Positions 52,487 through 64,000 of a stretch of DNA of 64,000 bases are shown here, in pieces. Origin of the DNA: Kudoa neothunni (taxonomy: Eukaryota; Animalia; Cnidaria); assembly GCA_964304625.1 (NCBI GenBank), contig OZ199840.1:5879200-5943199 (forward strand), written 5' to 3'. The stretch's first letter is position 1. Each line of letters starts with the position of its first letter. The notes under the pieces were generated by a model. That model did not search any database, was not told where the DNA came from, and was given only the letters and a program-made list of their open reading frames with translations. A program made the position numbers and the translations under genes.

Positions 52487-53639
52487 TACTACTGTTTCTC
52501 GGAGAATTATTTAGATCGGCGTTGTTCGTCAATATTCGATTAAGAACAAACATTGCCATGTGCAATACGTGATTGATATATTAAGTCTATTGGAATAGAT
52601 AGTTGAAAATTATTGATACCACTTATTTAAACACAGTTATGAATACTTATAATAAATCTCGCGTTATTAGATGAATTGTTTCCAGGTCTGCGCTTGCGCG
52701 TAATAATTGATTTGTGGCTATAATTATCATATAATTTTAGTAAATATCGTTAAAGTAATTAATTCACATCTAAAATTAAGAAACTTTCAATCCTTAGTCT
52801 TTTGATTAGGGTCTAATAATTAGACTCTAATTCAGCGATTCTTAACCTGGGGTTTACTTAACACAAAGGGGTCCGAGGATGAAATAAAATCTGAATCCAA
52901 ATTTATCATGATATAATCATTATAATTAGATATGTTTTAACATTAACTTAGTTATTAAAAATTTCAAATAAAACGTCGCGTTAGTGTCATAAATATTTTA
53001 CATTTATTACAAAATCTCCTTGTTTTATAATTTATATTGTAAAAAAATCTATAAAAATAATAATTTTACGATGGATTATTTGAGAATGACTAAAAATTTA
53101 CAAAGTTATTTATTTATGTTACAGACTATGCAGTTGGAATAATCACTCCTTTTACAGCAACCTATTATTTCGATACCAGATTTGTATGCGGGTTATCATA
53201 AAAACAAAGTCACGGAACGCTTATATATGTATGTGTGTCGCTGCTTCAATACTTTATCAGAATTCTGTGAACTTATTGATAAAAAGCAACTGCAAAAATC
53301 TTATTAAATGTTTTTTGATGTTTCTTATTTGTATAAAAAATATATTTTTTGCGTTAATATCGCAATCTATTATGTAATAATTCCTCCTTTGTTAACTCTT
53401 TATTTTATTAAACACAATGATTAACGAAAATAGGGATTTTATACAACAAAAATATTTCAGTTATTCTAAGAGCATTTTTCACTCAGAAATTTGTTATTTT
53501 AAATATAATGCGTCATTGTATATACTTGGTTAGAATTTTAATAATTTCAACGAAAAATTACTGGCAAGATTCAATAGTTGTTTATTTTTTGTCGTAACAC
53601 TACAAATAATTCATGTTGTAGAGTTTCAAATTTCTAATA

Positions 53640-54213
53640 CAGTCGAACCTCGATTATCTGGAAGATATTTTATATTTTATTTGGATATTATTGAAATTAC
53701 GTGTCGATAAAAGTACTACCCATCACCACCACACGACATATACAATGTAGCACATATACCAATGCAATATTTAAAACAAAAATATTTGTAGGTTAATTAT
53801 TTATAAAAGTTTCTTTTAAAACTTAAACTAAGTATTCAATTCTTATATTATTTTGTGCTCTATCTGAATGTATGTCCGTATGTATATTAATCAAAAATTA
53901 AGTACTGATTATTTAAAAAAGTAGATTACCCCTCTATAGACTAGACGCGTTTTTCTCTCATAATTACTTATTGTTTCTTCGTTTAAGTCTCCATATTATT
54001 TGTTAATTTATTTGTCAATACTTTTAAATCAAGTTACAGAAGTTAAACTATTTTTCTTAGCAAATGTTAATAAATCCAGTAAATAATATTCTAAGTAGAA
54101 AATTCGGAAAATGCGTGCGAATGTAATATTGTTTATGTTCGATTAACCGGTACCTCACTATCTAGAAAGAAAATCGCTTTTCCCAAATTTTCCGGATAAT
54201 CAAAGTTCGACTG
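53640..54213. mobile_element. Tigger/pogo-like MITE
   Basis: 24-bp TIRs CAGTCGAACCTCGATTATCTGGAA / CAGTCGAACTTTGATTATCCGGAA; TA TSD; empty site in the paralogous copy near 61618. Confidence 0.9.
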
Positions 54214-54361
54214 TATATATTTTAAAACAAAACCAATACACAATTAATATACATAATAAATATTTTAATTGAATTGGTGATATTAGATATATAATTTAAG
54301 TTAATCCTTTTGTTCCCAAATTTCTCTTTTTAGTTTTCTTTATCATTAATTTTTTAATTAA

Positions 54362-55502
54362 CCTTCTAATGAATTTTTGGTAAATTATTACATCAAAAAG
54401 AAGTTATTGGTTGTATACGTGATTTTTTCGCCGTTAATAGAATACAAATTTTTATCTAATCTTCAAAAAATCTAAGAAATACACGATATTAAAATATAAT
54501 AACAGAAAGATTATAACATGTTTTCACTCCAATGAATTTTTGGCTAAAAAATTACCCCCCAGTTTTTTTCATCCAATTGATAGATAAAATGTTATTTATC
54601 ACATTAATAAAATTTTAGATTTATCTCATGGATAACTTTAAAGGTATACTGTTATTATTTCTAAAAACGGCCACGTGACTTTCTATTAAATTTTTTCTTT
54701 GTGGTAACAGGAGTGGATTTAGCCAATAGTAGTTTTAATGATTAGTCGAATTCTTTTAAAAATGATTATATTTTAAAACCGATATGTTTGAAGAATTTTA
54801 GGAGATTGAAAACTTTGAGAATCCGGATCAATAAAGATTAAAGATGTCGTATGGTGGTGTTTTTCTAATTGTTAAATTTTTAGCCTATAAATGAGTTTTA
54901 CACATGCGAACAAATTCTAGTGATAATATGGAAGGAAAAAGTTTTTGAAAATAGTGAAAAGTTATCATATGAATCACTAATGGAAAGAAACACCCGTAAA
55001 ACCCAAAATCCCAAGAGCTTTTCCTTATCTATTCCTCTACAACCCAGAAAACAAAATTCACGAACAAGATTCTCAAGGTGCGAATTTTGTCCACCGAAAA
55101 TTGATTAGATAACAATCACTCTCTGTTTCAGATGTACAAAACACTGTTGCGAAATTCATTCTGGGTGATTGCGAATCTTACTCTCGTTACATATTATATT
55201 TTGTTGCGCAAATAATAATTAAAATATTTATTACATGATATAAATGTGAAATCTATTCAAACATCAAACTTTAATCCAAAATTGTTTTGGCGGATTTTAA
55301 CGAATACAGTTTTCGTAGGATTACGGGGATTACTGATCAGGATGTTAGTTGTTTTACAGCTGAATCTAGCCTTGGGATTTTGCCTATTTTTATTTTCTGA
55401 AATCTAATATTTTATATGATTCGAATAACGAAATAAAAATACGGGATAATTTTTTATCCCAAAATTAGTCGGAAAGCAGTCTATTTTTAGTACATTAAAG
55501 GG
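54362..55502 (+). mobile_element. Internally deleted piggyBac (third family)
   Basis: TTAA TSDs; TIRs CCTTCTAATGAA / CCCTTTAATGTA; Cys-rich domain remnant RCEFCPPKID*...CFRCTKHCCEIH; empty TTAA site near 61754. Confidence 0.8.
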
Positions 55503-56051
55503 TTAAACTAATATTAAAATTATATACAATCTGAATTTTATTTTTCTAATAAATAACTTAACAGTAATTTTATATCTGCCCATTAAGGTGAACGACAGAA
55601 CGAAAGGGTTAAATATTTGTGTTTATGATTTGATAATTCCATTGAACATTTTAGGGGTACGCAAGGGAGAAAGGCTGTGAACCACTGCGTTAAAATATCA
55701 ATATTATTAATATCAGTATCAGATAGGTAAGGAAAAATTTGACTTTAAGTGAATAAGAATAGATTGCTCCCATAATTATAATTGTTCGTTTTTAAGTTTA
55801 TATATCCATAATTTTTAATTTACGCACGTTAAAATTCTATTCAAATAATTCCAACAAACCGATTCTGAAGCCTCCAAATGACAATCATACGAATTAACAT
55901 ACTACTATAATTGATTTCATGTTTTTTTTACAATAAATAATTGTTCTCTAGCTATTCTGTATTATTTTGGAAAATGTTTACGTGTAGAAGGTACAAGCAA
56001 AAATAAATAAAATGCTCGTCATAGTTTCGGACATCCTCGAGAACACACTAA

Positions 56052-57177
56052 ATGACAAAACATTTACCCCCGAGTTTGCTTGCGTTATTCTTTCCTAGAG
56101 ATCCTTTGCCATATAAGCCGCCAGTTAAATGTAGAAAAACTCCTAACAAACCATACACAGGTGTGGCTCAATACTTGGAGCATTTTGACGAGCCAGATGC
56201 TGAGGTGGTGGCCCCACTTCCCTTTGAAGCCGCTCATGAGAGACGGGAAAGAAAAGTACGTCCATTTATATATTTGTACCGTACATTTCAAATATATAAT
56301 TGTTGTCTAATAATTATAGAAGAAAGAGCGAAATGAATTACATAAACAATTATTACGATCCAGGCTGGAAAAATGTTAGGAAAATTTTGTCGAGATAACA
56401 TATCTATATTTGTTGGTGATCTAGGGAATCCTAAAGAAGACCCTAATATCCAAGGAAATCCTTACAAAACATTGTTTGTTTGTCGTCTAGTAACGCCCAA
56501 TTTCACGAGTAATCTCTTCGATTATGTGTTATTTTGTTAGAGTTACAATGTGACCGAGGACACTCTTCGAACCGAGCTTGAAAAGTATGGACCTATTAGA
56601 AAAGTAACTTTTTTATTGACGCGTGCAATGGTGTTGTAATGTTGCGATGCAGGTTCGTGTAGTGAGATCAACCGAATCCAGCAAAAGTAGAGGTTATGCT
56701 TTTGTAGAATTTGAACATGAAAAGGACATGCGATGTGATTATGCCCAATTGATATTAGTTGTGTATTAGCATTCATTTTAGCTGCCTATAAAAGGTCTAA
56801 TGGCATGAAAATTGATGGGAAACGTGTGTTGGTTGACGTTGAGAGAGGTCGTACTGATAAACATTGGCATCCAATGTATTTAGGTAGACAGAATATCTGT
56901 TGTTGTTGTTGTAATTCGAAAAATAATTGAATATGTTGGTATTAAGGTGGAGGATTGGGTGGAGAGAAAAGAAAACCTAAAAAACGTTCCACTTCTTCTG
57001 ACTCGGATGGTCGTCGCCGCTCTAGAAGTCGCAGTACGTCTCGAGATAGAAGTAGGAAACGACGCCATGATCACGACAGGTCAGATTATAAACACAATGG
57101 CGGCAGTAGATCTAGGTATAAATCGTTATTGTATTTCTTCGTTATTTATTCTCCTTAGACGTCCATATTATGATTAA
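56052..57177 (+). CDS. SNRNP70: U1 snRNP 70 kDa protein (8 coding exons, ~250 aa)
   Basis: [33 protein letters not shown] (RNP2), [10 protein letters not shown] (RNP1), [21 protein letters not shown], short RS tail. Confidence 0.97.
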
Positions 57178-57547
57178 AGATGCCACATGACTCAATTCAA
57201 TTATTTCTAACCCAAGCGTGTTAATATTAAATGTGTGTATTTTTTGTGCAATTATATAGTTTTCTTTGATACTACATGATTTATTTGGTTAATTACAGAC
57301 TAATAATTAAGGTTTTCGTTTGATTGAGTTAGAGACTTGATGTGATAAATTCCAGACTCAAATCCCATCGTTGCTTGCTCCCTCATTCTCTGAATTCTCA
57401 ATAATGATTAATTTTTATGGTTAAATTAAATTCAAAATAAGAGTGAGCAAATAAATTTCATTCACTAACTTTTCAAGCGTGTTTGGACTCCATAGGAGGA
57501 CCTATTTAGATGTTTGGATCAATTTTAGGGAGTCTTTAATTTTAATA

Positions 57548-60500
57548 CAGCGGTTCTTGACCTGGGTTAGAGAACGAATCCAACGAGGTCCGTGAATAAT
57601 TTAAATACACTCTGAACCCAATTTTATCGTCATCGCACCATCATACATTCAATATAATTAGGTATTTTTAAACGTTTGCGTAATTATTAAAAATTCGAAA
57701 TATGCCCCCGCGTTATTGTTTCTTATAAATGCTTTATTTTTATTACAAAGTATGCTTGTGTTATAAATAAGGGAATGCCATTTTCGATTAAAATCGATTT
57801 TAACCGTCGAATTTTTTAAAAAGCTTCGGCGTTTATTTTCAGCAAATGGTCGATCTATTTAGAATTAACATCGACATGGATAGACATACAGACATAAGAG
57901 GGAAATTGCTAGTTTTCTAGAAGAGTGGGCGGACATAGAAAATATTACAAATGAATTAATTCGCAAATATTCTAAAGTTAAACTTCCGTTACAACAAAAT
58001 AGAACTAATGAGCATAAGAAATCGAAATAACGCATTTTTTTGAGCAAAACGTTTAGAGATGTCCTACTTGCCAAATATTTTCCTTAGGGATAAGAAAAAC
58101 GATGATTTAAGGATAGATTATGTCTCTGTTAGTTTTTGGTGGACTTTCACTGTCACTGACTGGTAAGAAAAGTTATCTGCGACGACTTTTGCCCAAGTAT
58201 TGTTGACCTTCTAGATTCTAGATCATTCACAAACAGTCGCGTCTTGGTGGATACGTATTTACGGATGATATTTGAAAGTAATGAAGATAAGGTAAGGTCA
58301 TTATTAGTGAAGAAGCGAAGACGTCTTATCATTGATATAACGCCTGATTTTACAAACAGGCCATTAACAAACATTTTAGAGAGTTTTTATGATTCTAAAA
58401 CTCTCGAAAGAAAGACCCTTATGCTTAATTCTAAGATATTATCGGAGTGTAACTCAATCATCGTTGCGAATGAAGTTTCGGAAAACTTCAAGCGTATGGA
58501 ATAAATTGGAGAATCTGTAAGTATAGCGACCATTTCTGATTCTGCCTCATATATGAAAAAATATTTCAAGAATTTGTAGGTTATGTATAACGATATTATT
58601 AGAATACCGTATTTTTACAATATGATACATTTGGTGGTTAAATAATCGATTGACGTTGTGTTTGAGAGTCAAAAAGTTCACGCTAATCATGGAATAGAGT
58701 CTCAGAAAGAGATCCCGCGAGTACTTGACATACGATGGTAGGTACTACAGTTTGCAAAATTGTATATAATGTTGTGTTGAATATTTTCCAGCTATTTCCG
58801 ACTTTTTTAGGGAGGTGTCTATTGGTCCGGTTGATAAGTTTTATGGTTGTTTTTCCTTTTTTGCATCATAAAAAGCAAAATAAGATTGTTTATTTTATGA
58901 TCATTATATTACAACGTTTAAAAACATACATTTGATATGGTAATCGTTTCAGTTGGGAAGTCCTACCGATATAGCTAGTTTATGTTATTCGGATTTTATT
59001 ATTTTATTTTGCATTGTACTGTTTTATTTTTCGAGTAAATTTCTGAAAAATCGATGAATTAGCCATAATATCAACATAGTGTTGTAATGTTGTATTTTAT
59101 GGAACTTATATACAGGATAGTGTTGTTATACATACAAGATGAACAGCGTCGATGGTGGATTAGAAGATAATGATGTTAACACTAAAAAGTATAGTTTTTT
59201 TAACGTCAGTGATACGTTTTGTCGCATTGCAGAGTTAAAGTTGAGAATCTAACAGTTCGAATATCAGGACAACAATAATATTTCCGCATTAAATTGCAAT
59301 GTCATTAAGAGCGCACAAAAACGGTATGTTCGAGTATTATAATGTCACATGAAATCATATCGGTAATATTATTGAATGACTTAAATAATAGAGTAAATAC
59401 TCTTTCTGTTGTCAGCAGAACTTGTTATAAGACGAAATTGTTCAGAAATATTCTTTTTAAATTAATTCCTGAAATTTTAATAAGTTTCTATAACTATGTT
59501 ATCATACATGTAACTAACGTTTATAAGCTCAGCTTTTAAGAATATTCTACCATAATTAATATAGTTTTTTGAAAATTAAATAAAAATGTATAATTACTTT
59601 ATTGGGACATTAAAAAATGTTTATTTTAATTAAATAATTAATATAAATTTTATAAATTTGTAGATATAAATATGTTAAACTACTTTGCTGCTCGACCAAA
59701 TAAATTATTTGTATATTAAGCATCGTGTGAACTAGCTCATTAGTATTACTTTATTGAAAATAAATATTGATAAATTATCGGATTGATATAAATAATATTC
59801 TCTTATTTTTGAAAATAGAGTAAAATACATTTGATCCCCATTATTTATTAGTTGTAGGTGCGCTTTAAAGGTCAGTATATTACAAAGTTAAGTCATCAGA
59901 ATATATAAATATGAAGTTTAACCGTAAAAATCTTGATGTAATCCGTTTCTTAATAGGGTCGTCCTACATATTATTCAAAGGAACATAATTTTTAGATATA
60001 TTTATCATTAAATGCTATTTATAAATTATAATGTTAAATCTTATGGTGTACCAATTTAAAGTAAATTTATAAAACACGAGATTCTAATCTGCCGGGTCAA
60101 TAGTCACTGCCTTTTTTTAATTCAAATCATGATTTGGTTTCATTATTTATGAGTATTTTTGAGATATCCAAGGAATCATTAAGCGAGTTACATATTTACC
60201 GTAAATTCATTTTGATGTCTTTCTCCACTGTATGATTTTTCAACGTCGATCGAATCCAAGAGTTCATATGGTTTTGCACATCTGCATAATTGGATGAAAT
60301 GTAATTACAATATTTCCATTACAGATAAATTAAATAATTCAAAAATTCCCAGGAAATTTTTCCATTAAACAGAAAAGAAAAAAATTTCGGAAATATATCC
60401 AAATTTGTTTATTTGTTGGTTATTGAGATGCCTACAATAATTAATGAACAAACTGAAGGTTGCTTTCCGTCCGATCAATTTTTCGAAATCTTTATTTTTC

Positions 60501-61940
60501 GCAAGATTGTAATTTTAATAATTTAAATTATCTGACATTCCACAATTCGTTTGCAGCAGCATAGGGGAAGAAGGAAATCTTCGGAGTGAATTTTTAACAT
60601 TTCCGCGCTCTAAAACAGGTAATGTATCCGATTCTTGCAATTCTTGAGAAACATACGATAAATCGCTTCAAACTATTTCAAAAATCAGTAAAAATTTAAA
60701 TGTAATTCCATTATCATCTATATCAGTCGAACGTAGTTTTTCCGAAATGAAACATGTATTCTCACAATTTAGGACGCGTTCGTCAAATGAAAGATTTAGA
60801 ATACATGCCATACTATATTATAACGGAAAGATATAAAATTATATTATTTTTCCCGTATTGTTTGATTTTGGACAGAATATTTTGTGGGATCATGTGCACT
60901 AGTTGAAATAGGAAATAAACGTCGAAAACGGTATTCCCTAGTTATAATTCATTTTGTAAACTATCTATAAAACAAAGGTTATTCAGTAGATTATTTGATA
61001 AAAACTGAAAATTTCCAAAATATATTTCTTCATGTTGTATAGTATGCAATTTAGATTGATTACTCCTTTTACAACAACCTATTTTTGCGAAACTAGATTT
61101 CCGTGTTGGTTAGCAGAAAAATAATCACGAAATCATTTATATGCGTGTTGCTCTTTCAAATACTTGTCAGAATTCTATGAATATATTGGTAAAAATAAAC
61201 CACAAAAATCTCATTAAATATTCTTTTGATGTCTATTATTTTTAAAAAAGTAGAATTTTTGCATGGGTCTCGCTCGCATTCTATTATATAACAATTCCTC
61301 CTTTGTTGAATCCTTATTGTAATAAACACAATGGTTAACGAAAATAAAGATTTTATACAGCACAACTATTTCGATTATTACTAAAGCATTTTTCACTCAG
61401 AAATTTTTTATGGATTTGACTTTTAAACATTTATCCATTTATATATGCTAATTCAATAAACTTCATTGAACTTTTTATTTTAAAATATTATGCATCATTG
61501 ACTATATTTGGATCGAATTTAATAATTTATAAGAAAATACAAGGAAGGATTTCATAGTTTTTATTTTTTGTTTTAATACAAAAATTATTTTACGTCATAG
61601 TGATTGAAAATTTTTAATACGCATTTTAAATCAAAAGTACTGCATAATTAATTTACATAAAAAATATCTTAATATAATTGGGAATATTAGATGAATAATT
61701 TAAGTTTTTTCTTTCGTTCCCAAACATTTCGTTTTCTTCAAGCATTTTTTAAATTAAACTAATATTAAAATTATATACAATTTGAATGTTATTTCTTTTT
61801 AAATATATAATTTAACAATAGGTTAAATTCTTTTGTAATCTGTTTAATGAAATGGGCATTGGGAACGACAGGGTAAAATTTTTATATGTATGATTGGATT
61901 ACGCGCTAAAACAAGATGGGGTTCGTGATAAGTCCATAGA
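57548..61940 (+). mobile_element. Degraded formerly autonomous hAT element with transposase remnants
   Basis: TIR-like CAGCGGTTCTTGACCT; fragments LIIDITPD, ISDSASYMKK and MIHLV (about 58200-58640); hAT C-terminal motif IPLSSISVERSFSEMKHVFSQFR (about 60705-60835). Right boundary is approximate. Confidence 0.7.
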
Positions 61941-62063
61941 ACAAATTAGTCATCCTCCTCAAGGAGAACTATTTTTATCGCCTCATCAGAGCAAAAATAG
62001 GATTAAAGGCGGAAAAATGTTTGAAAATCGGTTAACTACTTACTGTAATTCATATTTCTGTTT

Positions 62064-62523
62064 GTTTTTTGTTTACAAGGTAAAACCCCTGGCGCAACTT
62101 ATTAGGTTGTGGAATTCTGGTTGGTCAGACCTCTTCTATTAACGCTTTAAGCACCGCAGGACGTAACATAAACCCCGCCCCTTATCTTTATGCAGTAGCG
62201 TGGGACTTTAACCCATTAAACATCCTCGTCTCAGGGTGACCACCACCTCAAACCCTATCCTATCCCTTTTAGGACGTTGACTCTGTGGGAACTGAAAATT
62301 ACTTGCCTTTCGATTTTCGATGGTTTCAAGAGATTCAAACTCTTATTCACGCGAATCTGGCCGCCAGTGCATCCCACTCCACAACGAGCGTACACTTTAA
62401 CCACAGCTCCCAAATATGGTACAGAGACCTACCGACACGGATGCAGTAATCTGACCACCGGTGGATTCGAACCCATTACCTCATGGTTCTGAGTCCTAGT
62501 GTCACACCGAAGAGCTATCTGTC
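62064..62523 (-). mobile_element. tRNA-derived SINE-like element (~460 bp, GC-rich)
   Basis: Minus-strand head GACAGATAGCTCTTCGG (A box)...GGGTTCGAATCC (B box), then a GC-rich non-coding body and an A-rich tail. Confidence 0.6.
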
Positions 62524-64000
62524 CTCGGCTCCATATTTTAGTTATTTGTTCCATTACTTGCACTAAGGTCCAAAGCCTTGCCGTTTGTTGAACATAGATT
62601 AATGATTTATCTTTGAGTGAACGTTAATTATCATTAAGATTCGCACATATATCAGAAAAAATATGCCGAGTAATCTTATCGTGAAAAATTAGAAACAATT
62701 TGTTTAGTTGATTATTTAAGAGCAGTTAGGTTTTTGAAATATTATTAAAAAATTAATTAATCTTCTTATTTTATTAGTTTTTTTAGATGTATTCGTAGCT
62801 GTTGAGACAAATTTTGTTATCAAAATAATGTAAAAGTTAATTAATCAATTATTCGCATTAGTCTTGGTTATATTGATGTGGTTGGTATTAGAGTTGACTA
62901 TTAATAGCGTCTAATTTTTCAGAATTAATAGACAATTGCCGCCCAACGTAAAAAATATTCTTTAAAAAAAATCAATAACAAACCATCTTACAAAATTCAC
63001 TGTTTTGAGTTATTTTTTTTAAACAGCATGGTAATGAACTATGAAAACACCAAAGATTAGCCATAACATAACTAATCAAAATATTCCGGAAATAAATTAA
63101 TACATATCCCATAAATGATAATTGGTCGTAATTTGCATCCGTCTGCATAAATAAGGAAACTTTAACAATCATAAAGATCGTTGTGAAAGATAAATGGGAA
63201 ATAATTATATTAAGAAATTAGCATAATCCTTTTTAACATGAAAGATATACTATGTGATTTGGAACCTTTGGTTGGTGTTATCACATATTTAATTTGTTGA
63301 CAACACAAATACTAATCTTAGCAGTATTGTCGGAATGCAGCATCTTATTTACTTGGTTCTTCATGTCCTTTTATTGAGCAAACTTTTGGTTTCAAATGGA
63401 AACGATGATCCACAAGTAACAATTTCTGTTATTCTTTAGCCATAAATCTTATAAAAAATAAAAAAGTATTCCATATTGATAGTCAAAGACACCTCACTCG
63501 ATAAGTTTTATTGTTACGATCGAATGACGATACTCGAAAATGGCCAACGTTGGATTACACCGTTACGTATCTACGGAGAAGTAAGTTTGGGTAAATAAAG
63601 TCGAAATCAAATTATTTCTGATTGAAAATTTTTAAAGTTTATAAAAGGAAAGTTTATTTAATATTTTTGAGAAAAAAGTCTATCATTCCTACTATTTAAT
63701 TACACTAACTTTTGGTATGGTGAAATTTTTTAAATTTATGTAAATTATTCTAAAATGTTACAAATAGACATTGCCGTGTTCGACGTTTATTCTTGGAAAA
63801 ATCGACGATTATTTTTAATCCTGTCATGCGCGGAAACGTAATGCGCAGAAATTTCAAAACAAAAAAAATTTTAATTAAAATATGTTAAATTAAACAGTTA
63901 ATTTTCCATTAAAATATAATATTGACAACATGCGAGAACGATCTGGTGACAGTTTCCCTCTATCCATGGGCAACATATGCTTTAATTTTGAAAAGTTACG

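Larger units (their letters stand above)
52833..55687 (+). mobile_element. Non-autonomous hAT element carrying two nested insertions
   Basis: Ends CAGCGATTCTTAACCT / CAGTGGTTCACAGCCT; internal sequence is homologous to 57548-57760 and 61060-61900. Confidence 0.65.

Overview
AT-rich eukaryotic genomic DNA from an animal, as shown by an integrin beta gene. Most introns are tiny GT-AG introns (about 35-70 nt) and the proteins are fast-evolving, which fits a compact-gene parasite lineage such as Myxozoa; that assignment is inference only. Genes spliced by hand: POLR3C (3' part), a divergent integrin beta, RPL32, ISY1, a ~1023-aa orphan with an MTS-like N-terminus and RRM-like repeats, cysteinyl-tRNA synthetase, a Cys-rich FN3-like surface protein, choline/ethanolamine kinase, TPI and U1-70K. 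RPL32 intron 2 holds a well-formed box H/ACA snoRNA whose guide pockets match SNORA21/snR10 targets. Intergenic DNA and long introns are rich in transposons: a near-intact piggyBac, several other piggyBac families and MITEs, hAT, Tigger/mariner MITEs, tandem Helitron-like elements and tRNA-derived SINEs, including a nested insertion with an empty-site paralog. Best leads: the orphan multi-RRM-like protein, the integrin with degenerate metal sites, the intronic snoRNA, the modular surface protein and a recurring GCGCATGCGC promoter motif.
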